Below, piece by piece: positions 58,174-64,000 of a stretch of DNA of 64,000 nt (position 1 is its first letter; every line of letters begins with the position of its first letter). The notes beneath the pieces are model-generated. The model did not search any database and was not told where the DNA came from. It saw nothing but the letters and a program-made list of their open reading frames with translations. Both the position numbers and the translations under genes were made by a program. The DNA lies in assembly GCA_963555815.3 (NCBI GenBank), contig CAUVWX020000001.1, positions 448,001 to 512,000 of the forward strand. The letters are read 5' to 3'. Source of the DNA: a bacterium. Lineage in GTDB: Bacteria; UBA8248; JACPRG01; G963555815.

Positions 58174-59619
58174 TTGAAGACAGCAGGAAATTCTAAGGCC
58201 CGTCGGCGCGCCAAGATCGTGTGCACACTCGGTCCTGCCAGCCACTCTAAGGAGATGATCCACCGGCTCATCCTGGCGGGGATGGATGTCGCACGAGTGA
58301 ATTTTTCCCACGGGACTTTCGCCGAGCACACCGAGACCATCCGACGGGTTCGGGCCGCCTCCAAGGAATTCCAAAAACCTATCGCCATCCTACAGGACCT
58401 TCCCGGCCCCAAGGTCCGCACCCGCCGCATCCGGGGGGGGGCGGTCGAATTGACCAGGGGCAGAGAGATCGTCCTCACGCCGCGCCCCATCCTGGGGACG
58501 GCCGAGCGAATCTCCACCACCCATCCTCTCCTCGCGAAAGATGTGCGCCCGGGAAACCCCATTCTGATAGATGACGGCCTCATTCATCTGACGGTAAAAA
58601 AGGTGGTCGGAGGTGACGTCCGGTGTCGAATCGACCAGGGAGGGATCCTGCGAGACCACAAGGGGATCAACCTCCCGGCCTCCGCGGTGAACGTCCCCAC
58701 GCTCACCCGAAAAGACCGTGAGGCCCTTGAATTCGGCATCCGCCACAAAGTGGACTATATCGCACTGTCCTTTGTGCGGGAGGCTGCGGACCTGGAGACG
58801 GCAAGAAGGATCCTCGCCCGCCGAAAGTCAAAGATTCCCCTCATCGCCAAACTGGAGAAACCCCAGGCCATCTCGCACCTAGAGGCCATCTTGGAGGCGG
58901 CCGACGGCGTCATGGTGGCCCGCGGGGACCTGGGGGTTGAGATGCCCCCGGAGAAGGTGCCCATCGTCCAAAAGCAGATCATCCGGGCCGCCAACGCGAG
59001 GGCCCTCCCCGTCATCACGGCCACTCAAATGCTCTTCTCTATGATCTCGAACCCACGCCCGACCCGGGCTGAGGCCTCTGATGTGGCCAATGCCATCCTG
59101 GATGGGACGGACGCTGTCATGCTCTCCGGGGAGACAGCCATCGGCCGTTATCCTGTTCGCGCCGTAGAGATGATATCCCGGATCATCATGGAGGCTGAGG
59201 CCGCTGCACGGAAGCGGGACGTCGCTCCTGAGGGAGCGGTCACCCCGGCCAGTGTGGTGACGCGGGCTGCTTGTGATGCCGTGCAGGCCCTCAAGGCCCG
59301 GGCCATTGTCGCCTTCACACAGTCAGGGCTTACTGCGCGCTTCGTCGCAAGGAACCGACCGGCAGTGCCCATCCTGGCCTATACTCACGACGAGCGCATC
59401 CTCAAACGGATGGCCCTCTATTGGGGGGTGACTCCTCAGTTATTGCCCCTGGGCGATCACACCGAAAAGGTCTTCGAGCAGGTGGAGGAGCGACTCCTGC
59501 GACACAAGCAGGCCAAAGAGGGCGACGTCATCGCCATCCTGAGCGGGTCTCCCCTCTCCGAACGAGGTCCTACTAATCTTTTAAAGCTTCAGACCCTCCG
59601 ACGCCGATCCCGCCGCTAG
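58174..59619 (+). CDS. pyk: Pyruvate kinase
   Basis: KIVCTLGPAS, RVNFSHG, DLPGPK, AKLE, MVARGDLGVE, ATQML and MLSGETA; start reassigned to the TTG at 58174 behind a GGGAGG SD. Confidence 0.96.
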   Translation: MKTAGNSKARRRAKIVCTLGPASHSKEMIHRLILAGMDVARVNFSHGTFAEHTETIRRVRAASKEFQKPIAILQDLPGPKVRTRRIRGGAVELTRGREIVLTPRPILGTAERISTTHPLLAKDVRPGNPILIDDGLIHLTVKKVVGGDVRCRIDQGGILRDHKGINLPASAVNVPTLTRKDREALEFGIRHKVDYIALSFVREAADLETARRILARRKSKIPLIAKLEKPQAISHLEAILEAADGVMVARGDLGVEMPPEKVPIVQKQIIRAANARALPVITATQMLFSMISNPRPTRAEASDVANAILDGTDAVMLSGETAIGRYPVRAVEMISRIIMEAEAAARKRDVAPEGAVTPASVVTRAACDAVQALKARAIVAFTQSGLTARFVARNRPAVPILAYTHDERILKRMALYWGVTPQLLPLGDHTEKVFEQVEERLLRHKQAKEGDVIAILSGSPLSERGPTNLLKLQTLRRRSRR

Positions 59620-59637
59620 CTTTTCGTCAGGCGGACC

Positions 59638-60759
59638 TCATAGGAGTCCCAGGGCTTTCAGTTCCCCCGCGGCCTGGTCGAACCGGTCTTCCGCCTCAAC
59701 CTCCCTCGACCACTCGATGAGCTCTCGCATCCCAGTCTCAAAGTCCACCTGAGGGACAAAATCGAGGGCTTTTCGGGCCCGGCTGATATCGGCAAAGCAG
59801 TGGCGGACATCACCCTTCCTGAAGGTCTGGGTCACGTCGGGCGCTATTTCTTTTCCGAGCACTTGGGCGAGGGTCTCGGCGATACCCGAGATTTTCCGGG
59901 GCTCACCGCTTCCGATGTTCAGCACCAGGGGGCCCTTCCAGTCTTGCTCCAGCGCCCTCAGATTGGCCTGAACCACGTCATGGACGGAGACAAAATCCCG
60001 GGTCTGGCGGCCATCTTCGTAGACCACGGGAGGCTGGTCGTTCTTCAAGCGGCTGAGGAAGATGGCGGCCACCCCGGTGTAAGGATTGGAGAGAGACTGG
60101 CGGGGCCCGTAGACGTTGAAGTACCGAAAGGAGGCGACCGGAAGGGCGTAGGTCCTTCCGAAATTCACGACGAGGTCCTCCTGGACCTGCTTCGTGATGG
60201 CGTAGACGGAGTTGGGGTGAAAGGCGGCCTCCTCATCGGTTGGGATGGGGTGAAGGTGAGCGCCACAATGGGGACAGAGGGGTTCCCACTCCCTCTTGGC
60301 CATCTGCTCAAGCGTCCGAAGGGGTGGGCGGATGACTCCGCACGATTTTTGCCCCTCGCAGCGGTAGCTCCCCTCCCCGTAGCTGCTCATGGAGGCGGCC
60401 ACCACCAGCCCCCGGACTTGATTCGTTGAGCTCACCAGGAGATCCAGGAGGTTCGCCGTCCCACCGATATTGACATCTACATAATGCTTGATCTCGTACT
60501 GGGACTGCCCAACCCCCACCGCCCCCGCCTTGTGGTAGACCCATTCCACCCCCTCCAGGGCGGCGCCAAGGGCCTCCCGGTCTCGGACATCACCGTGAAT
60601 GAGCTCGGCCTTCGGACTGAGATAGGCGGGCTGGCCCCCATCTCCGTGGACCTGGGGAAGGAGGGCGTCGAATACTCTGACCTCATGGCCGCGCCGGATG
60701 AGCTCATCCACCAGAAAGGAGCCGATAAATCCGGCCCCCCCTGTCACCAGAATACGCAT
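59638..60759 (-). CDS. NAD-dependent nucleotide-sugar epimerase/dehydratase with a Cys-rich insertion
   Basis: TGGAGFIG, YAITK, RYFNVYGP, RDFV and GDVRH motifs; insert C-x5-C...CPHC. Confidence 0.9.
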   Translation of the reverse strand: MRILVTGGAGFIGSFLVDELIRRGHEVRVFDALLPQVHGDGGQPAYLSPKAELIHGDVRDREALGAALEGVEWVYHKAGAVGVGQSQYEIKHYVDVNIGGTANLLDLLVSSTNQVRGLVVAASMSSYGEGSYRCEGQKSCGVIRPPLRTLEQMAKREWEPLCPHCGAHLHPIPTDEEAAFHPNSVYAITKQVQEDLVVNFGRTYALPVASFRYFNVYGPRQSLSNPYTGVAAIFLSRLKNDQPPVVYEDGRQTRDFVSVHDVVQANLRALEQDWKGPLVLNIGSGEPRKISGIAETLAQVLGKEIAPDVTQTFRKGDVRHCFADISRARKALDFVPQVDFETGMRELIEWSREVEAEDRFDQAAGELKALGLL

Positions 60760-60873
60760 GAACTTCCTTCCTTCTTGAAAGGAGAATTTTTAAGAAAATC
60801 GCGGGGAGTATACCGCAGGCCCTCCCTTCGGAGCCACCCCAATGGGGTCAGGCCATCGGACAGCGCCCAACCC

Positions 60874-61752
60874 TCAGCCCCCTCTCTCCTCACGAGCGAG
60901 GGTCTTCCAGGCGCGAGAGATCTGGATGGAAGCGATCGCTTGAAGCACCTCCTTTCTCCCCATGGGGCCTCGTTCCGTGACGACGCAGGTCAAATGCCGC
61001 CAAGGCGTCCGGTCAAAGAACCCCTCACTCTCCAAAGCGGGGGCCGACAGCATCCGCTCGGGCAGAAATTTTTGAGTCGTGCACAGCGTGAAGACCGGGA
61101 CCCCATGCCCTCTCGCCCATCGCGCCAGGGGAGCCGTCCCTATCTTATGAATCAGGCCCCGAGGCGTAAGGGCGTCCGCACCGACGAGGAAGAGATCCAA
61201 CTCCTTAAACGCCTCAAAGGCCGCCAGGTCAGGGATGAGGCGGACGGGCACCCCTGCGCGCGCGAGCCGCCGGCTAAGCCCCAGGCCCTCATGGCCCGGG
61301 CTAGACTCGGTGCACAGGACCGAGACCCCTTCAACCTCCCGAAGGAGGGCCTCGACGGCGCTGCTGGCCGAATGGGTCAGAAGACGCCCCCCCCTCGGAA
61401 TGAGGGGGAGGGCAGCCCGAAGAAGTTGGCCCTTGGCCTGCTCGAAGGATTCAAGGAATTTGGCGACAGACCGGGTGGCCCCTTCAGCCGGCCTTTTTGC
61501 CGAGGCGCCGAGAAGGGCCGCGTTCGCCAGGTGAAAGAGGGGCGCCATGGCCGGTTGGGCCAACTGAAGCTGCCTGCCAAGACGGGCGAGCTCTTCTATT
61601 TCTATGAACCCCAGGTCCCTTCGATGCCCCTTGAGGGCGTTGAGAAGGCCTGCTGCCGCCCGTTGGGTCAGGGCCGTCGCGCCGCTCTTCCGGTCGTTGG
61701 CGAGGGCTCGGATCCAGGCGGGGGGTCTCCGTGAGCGACGGCGTGGGGTCAA
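60874..61752 (-). CDS. eIF-2B alpha/beta/delta-like (IF-2B family) protein
   Basis: DRKSGA, QPAMAP, LTHSASSAV, ESSPGHEG, VGAD, KIGT and FDRTP...VVTE motifs. Confidence 0.82.
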   Translation of the reverse strand: MTPRRRSRRPPAWIRALANDRKSGATALTQRAAAGLLNALKGHRRDLGFIEIEELARLGRQLQLAQPAMAPLFHLANAALLGASAKRPAEGATRSVAKFLESFEQAKGQLLRAALPLIPRGGRLLTHSASSAVEALLREVEGVSVLCTESSPGHEGLGLSRRLARAGVPVRLIPDLAAFEAFKELDLFLVGADALTPRGLIHKIGTAPLARWARGHGVPVFTLCTTQKFLPERMLSAPALESEGFFDRTPWRHLTCVVTERGPMGRKEVLQAIASIQISRAWKTLAREERGG

Positions 61753-61782
61753 GAATGATTGGGCCTTGAAGAGGGGGGTCCC

Positions 61783-62418
61783 CTATCGTAGCTCCTCGGG
61801 GGACAAATCCTTCCCTGGTTCTTTAAGTCGCTCGGGGTCCTGACGGCTTTCCATAGCCCTGGCCAGGTTCCCGAGAATCCCCTCACCTCGATTTTTTCGG
61901 ACTTCCTTGAGTTCCCGGGTGAGCCGGTTGTCCAGAGACCCATGGTTTGCGGTGGGGAAAACCAGGGAGATGGACTCAGTCGCGATATCCAGATAGGGGG
62001 CCAGGGGAGAACTTTTCAGGAGGTCTCCCTGGGTGGCCCGTTCGGAGAAGGTGTTAGAGAAGAGGAGAAGGACCGAAACGACAAGGAGCCCCCGGGCGAA
62101 ACCGAAGATAAATCCGATGAGCCGGCTGGGGAAAGAGGGAGAGCCTCGGCTGGCCAGTCGATAAATCAACCCCACCAGTGTCCCAATCACAAGAGCGGTC
62201 ACGAGGAAAACGGCGGTAAAGCTGATCCCGCCCACCAGGATGGGGTCCGTGGCAACCCGACCCAGGTACTCTGTCCCGAAACCGTAAACCCGGGCCGCCA
62301 CCATATAGCTCGCCACCCAGACGGCCAACGCAAGGACCTCCCGGACCATCCCTCTGAGGAAACCATAGAGGGCGCTGGCCCCCAGGATGCCTAGGATGAC
62401 GTAATCCAGCGTTCCCAT
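61783..62418 (-). CDS. cvpA: CvpA (colicin V production) family membrane protein
   Basis: LDYVIL...GFLRGMVREV and SRLIGFIFGFARG motifs; four transmembrane helices. Confidence 0.85.
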   Translation of the reverse strand: MGTLDYVILGILGASALYGFLRGMVREVLALAVWVASYMVAARVYGFGTEYLGRVATDPILVGGISFTAVFLVTALVIGTLVGLIYRLASRGSPSFPSRLIGFIFGFARGLLVVSVLLLFSNTFSERATQGDLLKSSPLAPYLDIATESISLVFPTANHGSLDNRLTRELKEVRKNRGEGILGNLARAMESRQDPERLKEPGKDLSPEELR

Positions 62419-62448
62419 GAAGGCCCCCGTTCCTGCTTTCAGGGATCC

Positions 62449-63474
62449 CTAGGTGACGCAGACCTTGCGCATCACCTTCAGGTTTTCCAGGACTTCCCCG
62501 GTCCCTCGCACGATGGCCGTCAGGGGGTCCTTGGCCCGATAGATGCGAAGGCCCGTCTCCTCGTGCAGGCGTTTTCCCAGACCCTTCAGGAGCGATCCCC
62601 CACCCGCCAGGACGATGCCCTTTCGCGTAATGTCGGCGGCCTGCTCCGGCGTGGAGCGCTCCAGGGCCCGCCGGATGGCCTCCACGATGGCCTTGACAGG
62701 GCCGTTGAGGGCCTCGCGGATCATGGTGTCGTCGACACTGATGGCCTTGGGGATCCCATCCACAATGTCCCGGCCCCGGATGACGGTCGTCAGCGGGGAG
62801 TCAAGGGGGGCGGCGGAGCCGATCTCGATCTTGGCCCGTTCGGCCTCAAAGGGGCCGATGGCAAGCCTGTAAACCCGCTTCACCTGGGCCTGGATAGCCT
62901 CATCCATCTCGTCCCCTGCGACTCGGATGGACTCGCTATAGGCGGTGGCATATCGGGAGATGACGGCGACCTCGGTGGTCCCGCCTCCGATGTCGACGAC
63001 CATGTTCCCGCCCACCTCGTGGACGGGCAGCTTGCTACCGATGGCGGCCGCCATCGGCTCCTCGATGAGATGGACACCTCGAGCCCCCGACTGAAAGGCC
63101 GACTCCTTCACGGCGCGTTTTTCCACCTGGGTGATCCCGGAGGGAATGCACACCATCATTCGAGGCTTGAAGTAGCGCCGGCCCTGATAGACCTGGCGGA
63201 TGAAGTACTGGATCATGGTCCGGGTGACTTCAAAATCAGCGATGACGCCATCTTTCATGGGCCGGATGATGGTGATGGAGTCCGGCGTCTTGCCCCACAT
63301 GGTCTTCGCCCCATCCCCCACGGCGAGGACCTCCCCATTGTCCTGGACGACGGCCACGACCGAGGGTTGCTGCAACACGATCCCTCTCCCGGGGATGTAG
63401 ATGAGGGTATTGGCGGTACCGAGGTCGATGGCGATGTCCCCGGCCAGCCACCGGGGCAAAAAGCTCAGTGGCAT
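62449..63474 (-). CDS. mreB: MreB/Mbl-like actin homologue
   Basis: IAIDLGTANT, RPMKDGVIADF, EEPMAAAIG, DIGGGTTE and LAGGGSLL; start reassigned to the ATG at 63474. Confidence 0.9.
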   Translation of the reverse strand: MPLSFLPRWLAGDIAIDLGTANTLIYIPGRGIVLQQPSVVAVVQDNGEVLAVGDGAKTMWGKTPDSITIIRPMKDGVIADFEVTRTMIQYFIRQVYQGRRYFKPRMMVCIPSGITQVEKRAVKESAFQSGARGVHLIEEPMAAAIGSKLPVHEVGGNMVVDIGGGTTEVAVISRYATAYSESIRVAGDEMDEAIQAQVKRVYRLAIGPFEAERAKIEIGSAAPLDSPLTTVIRGRDIVDGIPKAISVDDTMIREALNGPVKAIVEAIRRALERSTPEQAADITRKGIVLAGGGSLLKGLGKRLHEETGLRIYRAKDPLTAIVRGTGEVLENLKVMRKVCVT

Positions 63475-63476
63475 TC

Positions 63477-64000
63477 TCACTCCATTACCTCCGCGCAAGA
63501 ACAGATGGTGTTTCGCCCCTCTTCCTTGGCCCACTCCAGCGCTCGAAGCCCTTGAAGGACGAGCTGCCCCTCTGTGCGACCGTCCTCTGGAAAGCTGCTG
63601 AGGCCGATGTGGGCCCTGAGGCGGACTTGAGGGCCCTGGGAAGGGAAGATGGTCTCCTCGACGACCTCCCGGAGCCTCTCGGCGAGGGTCCGCGCCGCCT
63701 CGGGACTCGCCCCCTCCAGGGCGAGGAGGAACCTCTGTCCTTGAAAGCATGTCACTAGGTCCGGGTCCTCCGCAAACTGTCGGTGAAGGAGCGCCAGCTC
63801 CTTGAGGAGCCCATCTCCCAGCCAAGCCTCCCGACCCGGGTCGGGAAATTCCACGGCCTCGACGGCCAGCAGGGCAAGGAACCCTTTTTGCTCGGCTGTC
63901 CGATCCAGTGCGGCCCTGAGATGGGTCCGAAAACGGCGGTAGTTCGGAAGGCCCGTGAGGCGGTCCACCTCGGCCAGGCTCCGCCACTTGGCATGCATTC
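63477..64000 (-). CDS. Degenerate GGDEF-domain protein (3' part only; start lies outside the window)
   Basis: DRLTGLPN, GDGLLKELA, AERLRE, HIGLS and AKEEGRN motifs; the GGDEF position reads QGQRF. Confidence 0.8.
   Translation of the reverse strand, partial: MHAKWRSLAEVDRLTGLPNYRRFRTHLRAALDRTAEQKGFLALLAVEAVEFPDPGREAWLGDGLLKELALLHRQFAEDPDLVTCFQGQRFLLALEGASPEAARTLAERLREVVEETIFPSQGPQVRLRAHIGLSSFPEDGRTEGQLVLQGLRALEWAKEEGRNTICSCAEVME

Noticed and set aside
61783..62418. Bacteriocin system suggested by cvpA
   Set aside because: CvpA is a widespread membrane protein, and no bacteriocin, immunity or export genes are adjacent.
62449..63987. 512-aa MreB with a long N-terminal extension (ORF track)
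   Set aside because: The extension overlaps the GGDEF-like gene in another frame and is low-complexity; the real start is near 63474. The listed extensions of clpB, dnaK, htpX, pgeF, pyk and the carbamoyltransferase were trimmed for similar reasons.

Overview
GC-rich (roughly 60-65% by eye) chromosomal window from a diderm bacterium: it has a complete tol-pal operon, an AsmA protein, a WaaA-like enzyme and a DnaK with the diderm-type N-terminal insert. I found no rRNA, tRNA, CRISPR array, integrase or transposase. Left to right: (1) a minus-strand heat-shock operon clpB-dnaK-dnaJ-hspR-htpX-grpE-dnaJ2 (truncated), with a sigma70 promoter overlapped by a HAIR-like operator; (2) rimI and an MFS transporter; (3) a ~17 kb plus-strand surface-glycan locus (radical SAM/SPASM, a NeuB-like protein that has lost its catalytic motifs, GT2, two paralogous CMP-ulosonate synthetase-like proteins, a diverged WaaA/GT30, an AsnB-like amidotransferase, GT4/GT2/GT-C modules, a LegB-like dehydratase and a nucleotidyltransferase); (4) rlmI and an EpmA-like enzyme carrying a LysRS-type N-terminal OB domain; (5) slt-anmK and several oxidoreductases; (6) a B12-radical SAM gene and pgeF; (7) an SxtJ-like/methyltransferase/carbamoyltransferase/SxtK-like cassette; (8) a sulfatase-fold protein, ligA, apgM, asmA and tol-pal; (9) an M28 peptidase broken by an in-frame TAA, pyk, an SDR, an eIF-2B-like protein, cvpA, a stand-alone mreB paralog and a degenerate GGDEF domain. 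The best candidates for something undescribed are the pseudo-NeuB/twin cytidylyltransferase/WaaA-like/radical-SAM module and the LysRS-EpmA chimera. All family calls come from motif recognition by eye; no database searches were run.
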